From Nostoc sp. (GTDB lineage: Bacteria > Cyanobacteriota > Cyanobacteriia > Cyanobacteriales > Nostocaceae), in NCBI GenBank assembly GCA_036918135.1, contig JBALDB010000001.1, forward strand, positions 137,070-201,069: DNA of 64,000 bases, written 5' to 3'. Position 1 is the stretch's first letter, and each line of letters opens with the position of its first letter. Of this stretch, positions 1-10,103 are shown piece after piece. The position numbers and the translations under genes were made by a program. Below the pieces are notes generated by a model. The model ran no database searches. It saw nothing but the letters and a program-made list of their open reading frames with translations, and was not told where the DNA came from.

Positions 1-107
1 GGCTGAGAACTTGGAAGTGGATATTGGAAACTGCAAAATAACCAATTTCCTAGTCCCTAGTCGCTAGTCCCTAATCCCTAATCCGTAATTAAAGAATTTT
101 AAATCCT

Positions 108-1199
108 GTGACTTTGAGCCTGTCTGCTGCTAAATCTCATCGCCAACCTTGGCCCGGACTGATAGAAGCCTATCGCCAATACTTGCCTGTCAGCGAAACA
201 ACCCCGGTTGTCACTCTGTTGGAGGGTAATACACCCCTAATACCAGTGCCAGCGATCGCAGAACGTATTGGCAGACAAGTACGTGTATTTGTCAAATACG
301 ACGGTCTTAATCCCACTGGCAGTTTCAAAGACCGAGGGATGACTATGGCAATTTCCAAGGCGAAGGAAGCAGGGGCAAAAGCAGTTATTTGTGCCAGCAC
401 TGGCAACACCTCTGCTGCCGCCGCCGCTTATGCTACGCGTGGCGGGATGAGTGCTTTTGTGCTGATTCCCGATGGCTATGTAGCATTAGGTAAGTTAGCC
501 CAAGCTTTAGTCTACGGGGCAGAAGTATTAGCAATTAAAGGAAATTTTGACCAAGCTTTAGAAATTGTCCGCGAGATGGCCGAAAGCTATCCTGTGACTT
601 TGGTGAATTCGGTTAATCCCTATCGCTTGGAAGGACAAAAAACAGCAGCCTTTGAAATCGTCGATGTGCTAGGTGATGCCCCAGATTGGCTATGCATTCC
701 GGTGGGAAATGCGGGGAATATCACAGCATATTGGATGGGATTTTGTCAATATCATCAAGCGGGAAAATGCGATCGCCTACCCAAGATGATGGGATTCCAA
801 GCCGCAGGTGCAGCCCCTTTAGTACACGGCCAGCCAGTGGCGCATCCGGAAACCATCGCCACAGCAATTCGCATTGGTAACCCTGCTAGTTGGGAATTGG
901 CGATCGCTGCCCAATCTGCCAGTCAGGGAAGTTTCCACGCCGTTACCGATGCAGAGATTTTGGACGCTTATCGACTTTTGGCAGCATCAGAAGGCGTCTT
1001 CTGCGAACCTGCTAGCGCGGCTTCTGTAGCTGGCTTGCTACAGGTGAAAGACCAAATTCCCACGGGAGCAACAGTGGTCTGCGTCCTCACAGGCAATGGT
1101 TTAAAAGACCCAGATACAGCCATTAAGCACAATCAAAGTCAATTTAAACAGGGTATTGCAGCAGAACTCAAAGCAGTAGCCGAGGCAATGGGATTTTAG
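108..1199 (+). CDS. thrC: Threonine synthase
   Basis: PLP motif [31 protein letters not shown]; 363 aa. Confidence 0.95.
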   Translation: MTLSLSAAKSHRQPWPGLIEAYRQYLPVSETTPVVTLLEGNTPLIPVPAIAERIGRQVRVFVKYDGLNPTGSFKDRGMTMAISKAKEAGAKAVICASTGNTSAAAAAYATRGGMSAFVLIPDGYVALGKLAQALVYGAEVLAIKGNFDQALEIVREMAESYPVTLVNSVNPYRLEGQKTAAFEIVDVLGDAPDWLCIPVGNAGNITAYWMGFCQYHQAGKCDRLPKMMGFQAAGAAPLVHGQPVAHPETIATAIRIGNPASWELAIAAQSASQGSFHAVTDAEILDAYRLLAASEGVFCEPASAASVAGLLQVKDQIPTGATVVCVLTGNGLKDPDTAIKHNQSQFKQGIAAELKAVAEAMGF

Positions 1200-1216
1200 A
1201 ACTCACCAAACTTCTG

Positions 1217-1320
1217 ATATCATGTCCGCCTAATCACTTTATTATTAAAATTTCTCTGCGTAAGAGCGTCTTTACGTAAGAGCGTCAGCCTAAATGATAA
1301 GTCTTTAAAGGACATGATAT
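1217..1320. mobile_element. MITE-like element between convergent genes
   Basis: Perfect 11-bp terminal inverted repeat ATATCATGTCC (1217-1227)/GGACATGATAT (1310-1320); internal direct repeat CGTAAGAGCGTC x2. Confidence 0.65.
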
Positions 1321-1335
1321 GAGAGCTAATCGCGA

Positions 1336-3105
1336 TTAGACAACCGCAAAGTTGTTTTTGGTTAGTGACACCCCAGCAGATAGTTGTGCAATTTGTACTT
1401 GAGTAAATGCACTCGCACTACCATCTTGGTCAAAGTACAGGGCACCTGTAGTATTGTCATAGATAAATCGTTGAGCGATCGTTGTTGCAGATGCTCCTTG
1501 GGTAAATTGACTAGCTGAAAGTGAAGGTGTTGATAAACCGCCACCAAAACCAGCAGCCAATACCTGAATGCGTTCATTAGTGGCGTTGAAGTCATAAAGA
1601 ATATCAACGCCATCATTGAAACTATTGAAAACAAAGGTATCAGTACCATTGCCTCCATAAAGGGTATCATTACCGTTCCCACTTGTGAGGATGTCATTCC
1701 CATTGCCACCATCAAGGGTGTTACTCCCTAAGGCGGCTATGGCAGAGAGAATATCATTGCCATTACCCCCAGACAGTAGGTTATCGCCTTTTGAATAGTC
1801 AATACTCAAGGTATCATTACCAGCACCACCATTGAGGGTGTTATTGCCAGACATAATATAGTAGTAGCCTTCGTAGTAGTAGCCAGAGCCACTAAGAGAA
1901 TCATTGCCATCGCCTCCGAAGAGTAGGTTATCGCCTGTTGAATAGTCAATATTTAAGGTATCGTCACCACTACCACCATTGAGGGTGTTATTGCCAGAGG
2001 CGGCATCGCCTCCGTAGATGAAGTCATAGGAGCCAGACGCACTAAGAGAATCATTGCCACTACCCCCAGAGAGCAGGTTATCCCCTGTTGAAAAGCTAGC
2101 ATCCAAGGTATCGTCATCAACACCACCGTTGAGGGTATTATTGCCTAAGAATATACTGGCGCTGAAACCATAGGGATAGGAGGGATTATTAGAGGCACTA
2201 AGAGTATCATTGCCATCGCCCCCAGAGAGTAATTTATCGCCTGTTGAATTGTCAACATTTAAGATATCGTCACCAGCACCACCGTTGAGGGTGTTATTGC
2301 CTGAGGCGGGATTGGGGTACTCGCCGGAGGCACTAATAGTATCATTGCCATCGTCCCCAGAGAGTAAGTTATCGCCTGTTGAATGGTCAACATTCAAGTT
2401 ATCGTCACTAGCACCACTGTTGAGGGTGTTATTCCCACTACCATCACGCAGCAGGTCGTTGCCACTCTTACCGTTGATGTAGTCATTACCGCCCTGACCA
2501 TTAATTACATCATCTGAGTTGTCAAAGCCGTTGACATTGTTATTCAGGTCATTAAGGAAGGTAACTGTGTTTTCATTGAAGATAGTGGTTTGGGTGGAAT
2601 TGGCATTAAAGACATCAAAGCTATCTTGAATGCTAGTTTGCCCATCAAACAGAATATTGTCCAAGTCTACACTGGCTCCAGTAGATTTGCGGAGGTTATC
2701 CAGGTTTTCCAGGGTAAAGTTTTGCAGGATGACTTTGGTATTAGCAACTTCTTCAAAGGCAATCTCTAGATTACTACCGTTCTGAGTAAACAGCAGATTT
2801 CGCGCACTTAACCCTGCGCCTTGGAATATCAGTGTATCCACTTCGGTAATGACTGCTGCTGTCGGGTTTGTTTCTGTACCCACACCACCGAAATCCACGA
2901 TTGCATCTGTGCCGTCGTCTAAGTTGTAAACAAATTTATCTTCACCACCACCACCAGTTAAGGTGTCGTTACCTTGATTACCTGTGATGCGATCGCTCCC
3001 TGCCAGACCGTTAATTATGTCTGCTAAGTCACTGCCTATTAGCGTATCATTACCATTAGTACCATTGAGAGACGAGAGGTTGAAAACTGCTGTATTTGAT
3101 GCCAT
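1336..3105 (-). CDS. RTX/hemolysin-type Ca-binding repeat protein (probable type I secretion substrate)
   Basis: Many GGxGNDTL nonapeptides; C-terminal RFIYDNTTGALYFDQDG...IAQL tail typical of cyanobacterial T1SS substrates. Confidence 0.9.
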   Translation of the reverse strand: MASNTAVFNLSSLNGTNGNDTLIGSDLADIINGLAGSDRITGNQGNDTLTGGGGEDKFVYNLDDGTDAIVDFGGVGTETNPTAAVITEVDTLIFQGAGLSARNLLFTQNGSNLEIAFEEVANTKVILQNFTLENLDNLRKSTGASVDLDNILFDGQTSIQDSFDVFNANSTQTTIFNENTVTFLNDLNNNVNGFDNSDDVINGQGGNDYINGKSGNDLLRDGSGNNTLNSGASDDNLNVDHSTGDNLLSGDDGNDTISASGEYPNPASGNNTLNGGAGDDILNVDNSTGDKLLSGGDGNDTLSASNNPSYPYGFSASIFLGNNTLNGGVDDDTLDASFSTGDNLLSGGSGNDSLSASGSYDFIYGGDAASGNNTLNGGSGDDTLNIDYSTGDNLLFGGDGNDSLSGSGYYYEGYYYIMSGNNTLNGGAGNDTLSIDYSKGDNLLSGGNGNDILSAIAALGSNTLDGGNGNDILTSGNGNDTLYGGNGTDTFVFNSFNDGVDILYDFNATNERIQVLAAGFGGGLSTPSLSASQFTQGASATTIAQRFIYDNTTGALYFDQDGSASAFTQVQIAQLSAGVSLTKNNFAVV

Positions 3106-3211
3106 TGTTGTTGATTCCTCTTTTTGTTTCCTAATCAGAATAATGAGCTAATGTCATATAGCAGCAGGGCTAGAGCCACTCACTAATAGTAAATATTTTT
3201 GCCAAAATAAC

Positions 3212-3305
3212 TATAGCTTTTCCTAAGCAAATGAGGTACACCAAAATTTTTTGGACAAGCTTAGTGGCTTTGAAAACGTACCTTACCAGATTGGGAACCG
3301 CTATA
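3212..3305. mobile_element. Degenerate MITE (TATAGC...GAGGTAC / GTACCTT...GCTATA type)
   Basis: Imperfect ~28-bp terminal inverted repeats with TA ends; no ORF. Confidence 0.6.
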
Positions 3306-4092
3306 ATGAACAACTATTAGTTTATCCCTCTTTTTTTGATTCTCATTAAAGAATATTTAAAATCGGTTCAAAGCAAAGATTTTTTTGCTTTAGTGAGTAA
3401 GTGAGGCTTGTAAAAAATTCAAATTCAACATCTTATTTTTATCTCATCAGAGTTATAAAAGCTGTTTACGGGCATAGTCTGTAATGGAGATCGAGAAATA
3501 TTTTTAGTTTCTTTAAAGAACGTTATACAGTTGACTCATATTTACAATTTAAAAATTTATATCGGATTTTAAATCTCGTCCATTTTGAAAAGAAGGAGTA
3601 GTACAGCTACAAAAACCCGCTAGTACCAGGTGGAAGCCAAATGCTCCCACTACTATTAGATAGGAGCATCTTGCTCTCACTATTTTGAAAAAGTTTAATT
3701 TTCAAAATAGATATATTTATGTCTAAATAGAGGTAATTTAATACATTAATAAAAATTAGTTAAATTCTATAACAATCCTAAATTATTTATGAAAAAATCA
3801 TATTCATGAAGCTTGCTCAAGTCAAATATTTGACTTCGATTTCAAGTAAAATAATGAATTGATATTGATATAGTGAAATAAACAGGCTTTCGCTCACTGG
3901 TTTGTCTTGAAGATGAGTTAGTCTAAGGGACTTCCAATTTTTTTCTCTGGAGAGAGTGATAATATTTGCCAATCAATATTACGATCGCTGTGCGAACCAC
4001 CTTGATTTCCATGATGAGAATCTTAGAAGCAAGTCTCTGAGAAACGAGGTTAATAAATGCTTGAAAGCAGGTATAGCAAAGTGCCCAATTAG

Positions 4093-4578
4093 TTATTTTA
4101 CCTGGTCTCCCCCTGCTCTGGCTGCTCGCTCCTGTGTCAAACTATCAATAGCATCACCCAAGGCAGTAGTCAGACTTTTGCGAGTTTGAGCGTGGTTTTC
4201 CTGCTCAGTTTTCAAGGCTTGCAAGAGGCGATCGCGTTCTTTGATTGCAGCAATCAGTTTAGATTGTAATTCCTCCACAGATTGTGACTGTTCTATTTCT
4301 TGTTGGATAGCTGTGACTGGTGTATCAGCGAGTGTTCCTGTCTCCAAGCCTTGGAATTTATGTAAATCTGCCTTCAAAGATGCGATCGCCTGTTGGGACA
4401 ATTGGGCATCTGTGCGTCGTTGTTCTGCTTCTGTGTTGTAAAGCTGACGCCATTTTTGGGCACTTTCCCAAGCAGCATCGCGATCGTGTTGAAGTTCCGC
4501 CATCTGCTGTTTGAGTGTCTGAATTTCTGTCAACCACTGCTGTGTTAAAGCTGTCCCTTGATTAGCATTTTCAACCAT
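4093..4578 (-). CDS. Coiled-coil hypothetical protein
   Basis: 161 aa, Q/E/L/A-rich heptads; divergent from murF. Confidence 0.75.
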   Translation of the reverse strand: MVENANQGTALTQQWLTEIQTLKQQMAELQHDRDAAWESAQKWRQLYNTEAEQRRTDAQLSQQAIASLKADLHKFQGLETGTLADTPVTAIQQEIEQSQSVEELQSKLIAAIKERDRLLQALKTEQENHAQTRKSLTTALGDAIDSLTQERAARAGGDQVK

Positions 4579-4579
4579 A

Positions 4580-4636
4580 TAACTGTTAACTGATAACTGT
4601 TGACTGTTGACTGTTAACCGTCAACCGTCAACAGCT
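4580..4636. repeat. STRR-type heptamer repeats (TAACTG(T/A)/TGACTGT and inverse)
   Basis: Tandem 7-mers forming an imperfect inverted repeat; other heptamer tracts at ~50-85, 40399-40458, 51005-51031 and 59045-59170. Confidence 0.75.
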
Positions 4637-4717
4637 TAACTGAAAATTATTGTAACCAGAAGCACTATCAACCGGATTGTGTCATAATTCGATTTTATAA
4701 TTTTCAAGTCTCTATTT

Positions 4718-6073
4718 ATGCCTTGTTCTGCCACCCTTGCTCAACTGGTCGAAGTTCTTTTGGCTCGTCCTGTAAACTTAGATGATACTGGTTTAACACA
4801 AGTCAGTAACGGTATACAAACAGATACGCGTATCCTGAAACTGGGTGAAGTGTTTGTGGCTTTACGAGGCGATAAGTTTGATGGACATGAATTTGTACCA
4901 GCAGCGATCGCTAAGGGTGCAATAGCTGCAATTGTAGATATGGAATACAAAAATCCTGGATTTCCTGTATTGCAGGTATCAGATACCCTCAAGGCGTATC
5001 AGAAAATTGGCAGATGGTGGCGCGATCGCTTTGAGATTCCTGTAATTGGGGTTACAGGTTCTGTAGGCAAAACTACTACTAAAGAATTAATTGCGGCAGT
5101 TTTAGGAACAAAAGGAGCAGTTCACAAAACTCATGGCAATTACAATAACGAAATCGGTGTCCCAAAAACTCTCCTAGAACTGGGTACAGAACATGACTAC
5201 GCCGTGATTGAAATGGCGATGCGCGGTAGGGGACAAATTGCCGAACTCACACAAATAGCGCGTCCTAATATTGGAGTGATTACCAATGTGGGGACGGCAC
5301 ATATTGAGTTATTGGGTTCCGAAGAAGCAATTGCCGAGGCCAAATGTGAGTTATTAGCCGAAATGCCTGCTGATGGTGTAGCAATTCTCAATTACGACAA
5401 TCCTCTATTAATGACCACGGCAGCGAAATTTTGGACAGGAGAAGTCATAACTTACGGCTTTTCCGGTGGGGATATTCCAGGACTATTAATTAATAACGAA
5501 ACTGTAGAAGTTGCAGGAATCCAACTGCCTTTACCCTTACTTGGTCGTCACAATGCGACTAATTTCTTAGCGGCTTTAGCGGTGGCAAAAGTTTTGGGAA
5601 TTGACTGGGCAAGTTTGAAAGCAGGCGTGGTGGTGGATATGCCGACAGGCCGATCGCAGCGGTTTAGTTTGCCCAACGATGTAGTAATCTTAGATGAGAC
5701 ATATAATGCTGCACCAGAAGCGATGTTAGCAGCATTGCAATTATTGGCGGACACACCAGGAAAGCGAAAAATTGCCGTCTTGGGTGCAATGAAAGAATTA
5801 GGAGAGCGCTCCCCACAGTTGCACCAACGAGTAGGAGAAACAGTCCAAAAGTTGAATTTAGACGGCTTGTTGGTGTTGGTAGATGGAGAAGATGCCGAAG
5901 CGATCGCCAAAAGTGCCGAAGGTATTCCATCAGAGTGCTTTGCAACTCATGGGGAATTGGTGGCGAGATTGAAGACATTTGTACAAGCAGGCGATCGTTT
6001 ACTGTTCAAAGCCGCACATTCAGTGGGACTAGATCGGGTTGTTAATCAGTTACGTGCAGAATATCTCAAATGA
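4718..6073 (+). CDS. murF: UDP-N-acetylmuramoyl-tripeptide--D-Ala-D-Ala ligase
   Basis: TGSVGKTTTKE P-loop, GNYNNEIGVP, DETYNAAP, LGAMKELG. Confidence 0.95.
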   Translation: MPCSATLAQLVEVLLARPVNLDDTGLTQVSNGIQTDTRILKLGEVFVALRGDKFDGHEFVPAAIAKGAIAAIVDMEYKNPGFPVLQVSDTLKAYQKIGRWWRDRFEIPVIGVTGSVGKTTTKELIAAVLGTKGAVHKTHGNYNNEIGVPKTLLELGTEHDYAVIEMAMRGRGQIAELTQIARPNIGVITNVGTAHIELLGSEEAIAEAKCELLAEMPADGVAILNYDNPLLMTTAAKFWTGEVITYGFSGGDIPGLLINNETVEVAGIQLPLPLLGRHNATNFLAALAVAKVLGIDWASLKAGVVVDMPTGRSQRFSLPNDVVILDETYNAAPEAMLAALQLLADTPGKRKIAVLGAMKELGERSPQLHQRVGETVQKLNLDGLLVLVDGEDAEAIAKSAEGIPSECFATHGELVARLKTFVQAGDRLLFKAAHSVGLDRVVNQLRAEYLK

Positions 6074-6156
6074 TACTCCTATAAATCCAACGTCTAATAC
6101 GCTGGCGATCGTCAAGTTGTACGTTATTTGACTTTTGGCCCTAATAACGAAGAAGA

Positions 6157-6238
6157 TATAGCGATCGTCAGATAAGTTAGGACACTAAGTATTTTAACCA
6201 TAGGTCAATAGTGTTTCAACTTACCTCGACTAAGCATA
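6157..6238. mobile_element. Degenerate MITE (TATAGC...GTTAGGACA type)
   Basis: Left tatagcgatcgtcagataagttaggacacta pairs imperfectly with right tagtgtttcaacttacctcgactaagcata; similar left end at 42807. Confidence 0.45.
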
Positions 6239-6935
6239 GATATAGTTATAATTTGGGGAAAACACAGTTACTGAGTAAAAATTAATTTAAGCATACCAAT
6301 AAATATAAATGTAGGTTTAAGTAAATTTATTTTTAGAAAAAACTCTCCTGTAACAATTTATTCGCTTCATCAATCGAGTATTTTTACAAGTAAAAGTTAT
6401 AAATCTTATCAGAATTGACCTAAATTGAGACTTTTCTAACTTAATAAAAATTAACAATATTTTTACTCTTTATCTGAAAAGGCATTAATAATATTAATAA
6501 TTTTTGTTTTACGTATACTTCAACTGTAATTACGTAATATTACTGATTTACAACCGCATATTTACGGGGATGATAGTTGAGTGTTGTTTTCAAAGACATT
6601 ACTTACAGAGTTTGTAAAAAAAAGACAAAATTTATCTACGAATTCCAAAATTGACTGCTAGAACAGTCTTGATTCTAACAAGATACATTTGCCCTCCTAA
6701 TTTAGTTGAATTAGAATTAGCATCCGAGTATGTTAGTAAACTTTATGACAAGTATATACTCAGGACTTTTCTTGAATAAATTGCTGGTAGCCCTAGAAGA
6801 AGTCTGTTAGTGTTCGCTCCCTCAGATTGGCGATCGAGTTTTGAATAACGATATTGCTCAAGCAAGACTCCTCTGATTATCTGGAGATATTGCTATACAG
6901 ATTCATGTCAAAGAGTAACCTTTAAGGAGTAACCG

Positions 6936-8798
6936 ATGAGTCTAAGTCAAACAATTGTAAATGTCGATTCTGAGACTGTCTCTAAAACTTTGTATGATGT
7001 CGTCATCGTAGGAACGGGGGTAGCTGGAGCGATTGTTGCCAAAGAATTGAGTCAACAGGGCAAGAGAGTTTTAATCCTTGAAGCTACGGTAGAAAAGGAT
7101 TTAACCCTTACAGGCTTTCAAAATTACGTCGATACTTTCTACAAAGCGGTGGAGAAAAATCCCAACTCACCGTATCCCGCTAACCCCAATGTTCAAAGCC
7201 CCACTGATTACCAAGACTATTTTATAGAGCAAGGCCCCATGCCCCTTTCGGGTTCCTACACACGGGTTGTAGGTGGGACAACGATGCACTGGGAAGCAAA
7301 AACCCCACGGATGTTACCTGAAGATTTCAAGTTATTGAGTAACTACGGCCAAGGTCTTGATTGGCCGATTGAGTATAAGGATCTTGAGCCGTACTACCGC
7401 AAAGCCGAGTATGAACTAGGGGTTTGTGGGGACGTAGAGGAGCAAAAAAAACTAGGCGTCGAATTTCCTGATGACTATGTTTTTCCTATGGAAAAGCTTC
7501 CCCCCTCTTACTTGGATCGAAAAGTGATTGAGAAAGTTGATGGGACTACAGTTGAACTCTATGGCAAGACTCATACATTAAGCTTCTCTAGTTTTCCTCA
7601 AGCTCGCAATGGAGTACCCAATCCTAAATACGATGGTGGTAACCGCTTTGTCCCCGATGGAGTTACCAGTGTCCATCCCGTTCAATATGGGGAACGTTGC
7701 CAAGGAAACGCAAACTGTGTTCCTATTTGTCCGGTTCAAGCTAAATATGATGCTCGCAGAACTTTAGCTAAAGCCTTTGCAACCGGTCGGGTTCATGTAC
7801 TCTACCAAGCCGTGGCTTATCGGGTAGAATATAACCGCGAAAACGGTCACATCAGTGCCATTCACTATAAGCGTTATGACAACCCCAACTCTAGTGAGTA
7901 CACTACAGGAACCGCTAGGGGAACATTATTTGTCTTAGCGACTAATGCTGTCGAAAACGCTCGGCTATTGCTCGGTTCTGATTTGCCTAACACCAGCGGA
8001 ACGATTGGGCGGCATTTAATGGATCACCCTTTCACCTTAGCTTGGGCTTTGATGCCTGAAGTGACTGGCACTATGCGAGGGCCTCTTGTGACATCAGGAA
8101 TCGGAACATTTCGTAAAGGCGATTTTCGGAAAACACAATCTGCCTTCGCGGTAGATATTCACAATGATGGTTGGGGATGGGCAACAGGATCGCCCAAGGG
8201 TGAAGTCGAAGATGCAGTTGACAACAAAAACAAATATGGTCAAGAACTGCGTCAGACATTGATTAGTCGGATTTCACGACAACTGCTGCTAGCTTTTATG
8301 TGTGAATTACTCCCCGAATACGGCAACCGAGTAACCATCGATCCCAGGTACAAAGATAAACTGGGTAATTATCGTCCCGTCATTAACTTCAATCTACCCG
8401 ACTACAGTCGCAGAACCCTTGCCTACACCAGAAAAGTCTCTCGTGTAATCTTCGAGCGTTTAGGAGCAGAAGATTTTACTCACTACGATCCTAAAGACCC
8501 CGCCTATTTTGAATTTGAGGGTGAAGGTTACGTATACAAAGGTGGAAACCACTTTTCGGGAACTCATATCATGGGAACCACGCCATCTAATTCAGTTATT
8601 GATAGTCATCTGCGTTGTTGGGATCATCAAAATCTTTTCCTAGTCGGTGCAGGAAGTATGCCAACTATTGGCAGTTCAAATACAACATTGACCATTGCTG
8701 CGTTGAGTTTCAGAGCTGCCGAGCAGATGCTTAAAGAATTAAATTCTTATAATTTGCAAACCGATAATTTGCAAACCAGTAATTTGCAAACTATCTAG
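6936..8798 (+). CDS. GMC-family FAD-dependent sugar oxidoreductase, large subunit with Fe-S Cys motif
   Basis: GTGVAG Rossmann motif, VGGTTMHW, CQGNANCVPICP (3Fe-4S-type Cys motif as in FAD-glucose/sorbitol dehydrogenases), catalytic H (GNHFSGT) and N (SNTTLT); RBS AAGGAG. Confidence 0.9.
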   Translation: MSLSQTIVNVDSETVSKTLYDVVIVGTGVAGAIVAKELSQQGKRVLILEATVEKDLTLTGFQNYVDTFYKAVEKNPNSPYPANPNVQSPTDYQDYFIEQGPMPLSGSYTRVVGGTTMHWEAKTPRMLPEDFKLLSNYGQGLDWPIEYKDLEPYYRKAEYELGVCGDVEEQKKLGVEFPDDYVFPMEKLPPSYLDRKVIEKVDGTTVELYGKTHTLSFSSFPQARNGVPNPKYDGGNRFVPDGVTSVHPVQYGERCQGNANCVPICPVQAKYDARRTLAKAFATGRVHVLYQAVAYRVEYNRENGHISAIHYKRYDNPNSSEYTTGTARGTLFVLATNAVENARLLLGSDLPNTSGTIGRHLMDHPFTLAWALMPEVTGTMRGPLVTSGIGTFRKGDFRKTQSAFAVDIHNDGWGWATGSPKGEVEDAVDNKNKYGQELRQTLISRISRQLLLAFMCELLPEYGNRVTIDPRYKDKLGNYRPVINFNLPDYSRRTLAYTRKVSRVIFERLGAEDFTHYDPKDPAYFEFEGEGYVYKGGNHFSGTHIMGTTPSNSVIDSHLRCWDHQNLFLVGAGSMPTIGSSNTTLTIAALSFRAAEQMLKELNSYNLQTDNLQTSNLQTI

Positions 8799-8923
8799 GG
8801 CGTGTCATCAATTAAAATTACGCTCCATCAGAGAAAGGCTTTGGGCGGTTTGAATCCCAAACCTTCATCAGGGCTGAAGTTCAGCCCTCAATAAGGTTCT
8901 GCGGCTATTTGATCATACGCCTT
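8797..8923. mobile_element. MITE inserted at the GMC stop codon
   Basis: Inverted repeats AGGGCGTGTCATCAA/TTGATCATACGCCTT (12/15 match), TAG at both junctions, internal hairpin AGGGCTGAAGTTCAGCCCT. Confidence 0.65.
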
Positions 8924-8965
8924 AGTACCCCTTATACAGTCGAAAAAACATTGCGAGTAGACGTT

Positions 8966-10066
8966 ATGACTACAGTCTCCGATAGCTTAAAGTTGATTAC
9001 AACGGTTGACCAATTGAAGTACTATCTCATACAGGCAATGAAGATAGAACATGCAACCATTCCTCCTTACATGACAGCACTTTACTCGATTAAACCCGGA
9101 ACAAATTTAGAAGCTTTCCATATTATCCGGGCGGTTGCTGTAGAAGAAATGCTACACCTCACTCTCGTGGCTAATGTTTATAATGCGGTGGGAGGAACGT
9201 TTGATTCAGGAGTGCTCACGGCACATGATTTTATTCCTAAATATCCTAGCTATCTACCCACAGGATCTACAGACTTTAAAGTAGGTCTAAGCAAATTTTC
9301 CCCAGAGACTGTAGAGACCTTTCGTCAGATTGAACGGTCGCAACATGTTGAAGAAGATCGCCCATTAGTTGAGTCTCGAACCTTAGAAGAATATTTACTG
9401 GAAGTTATAGGCTGCGACCCGACCAAAGCTTTCTACAGCATTGGCTTATTTTATGCAGAGATCATTCGTGGTCTGAATGCACTCTATAAAGAGAAGGGTT
9501 CCGATCTATTTTGTGGCGACCCTAAGCGACAAATTACCCCCGAATACTACTATAACGGTGGTGGAGACATCATCCCAGTAACCGATCTGCGTTCAGCCAT
9601 CCGAGCATTAAAAGTAATTCAAGATCAGGGTGAGGGGTCAAGAAGCGGAACGATCTATGATGCAGAGCGAGAACTAGCCCATGACTATCGTTTTCAGCAA
9701 ATACTAAAAGGTCAATATTATACAATCGACAAGGACGATCCGACAAAATCCGACGAACCTGATAATCCTACAGGTGCACACTTTACCGTAGATTGGAACG
9801 CAGTTTATCCGATTAAGGATAATGCCAAACTGAGTGATTATCCCCAGGGATCGGAAGTGCAGGCAGCAGCCTCAGAGTTTCAGTCCGCTTATAGTAGGTT
9901 CTTAGCTGATATTCAATATGCTTTTGACGGACATCCCGAGCATTTGATTCCCGCAGTTGGGGGAATGTTCCGCCTCAAAGAACAGGCTAATAATTTAATG
10001 CGTAACCCCATTCCAGGTAGCCCAGAAGTTCATGCGGCTCCTGTTTTTCGGTTAGACCAGCCTTAG
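8966..10066 (+). CDS. Ferritin-like domain protein (VioB/RebD C-terminal-like)
   Basis: IEHATIPPYMTALYSI, VEEMLHL, SIGLFY, QGEG, AHDYRF motifs; ATG 8966 preferred because the TTG at 8909 lies inside the MITE. Confidence 0.8.
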   Translation: MTTVSDSLKLITTVDQLKYYLIQAMKIEHATIPPYMTALYSIKPGTNLEAFHIIRAVAVEEMLHLTLVANVYNAVGGTFDSGVLTAHDFIPKYPSYLPTGSTDFKVGLSKFSPETVETFRQIERSQHVEEDRPLVESRTLEEYLLEVIGCDPTKAFYSIGLFYAEIIRGLNALYKEKGSDLFCGDPKRQITPEYYYNGGGDIIPVTDLRSAIRALKVIQDQGEGSRSGTIYDAERELAHDYRFQQILKGQYYTIDKDDPTKSDEPDNPTGAHFTVDWNAVYPIKDNAKLSDYPQGSEVQAAASEFQSAYSRFLADIQYAFDGHPEHLIPAVGGMFRLKEQANNLMRNPIPGSPEVHAAPVFRLDQP

Positions 10067-10103
10067 CTAACTTTGATTTGCTTTTTGTGGAGGTAGATAA
10101 TTG

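Noticed and set aside
6730..6810. 26-aa upstream ORF or riboswitch before the GMC gene
   Set aside because: No RBS or recognisable motif; no known riboswitch consensus or GTA-N8-TAC box seen in 6074-6935
8909..8965. N-terminal extension of the ferritin-like ORF
   Set aside because: The TTG start lies within the MITE inverted repeat; ATG 8966 is more plausible
8966..10066. Violacein/indolocarbazole biosynthesis
   Set aside because: Only the ferritin-like domain is present; no heme-domain-sized protein, Trp oxidase or other vio/reb genes
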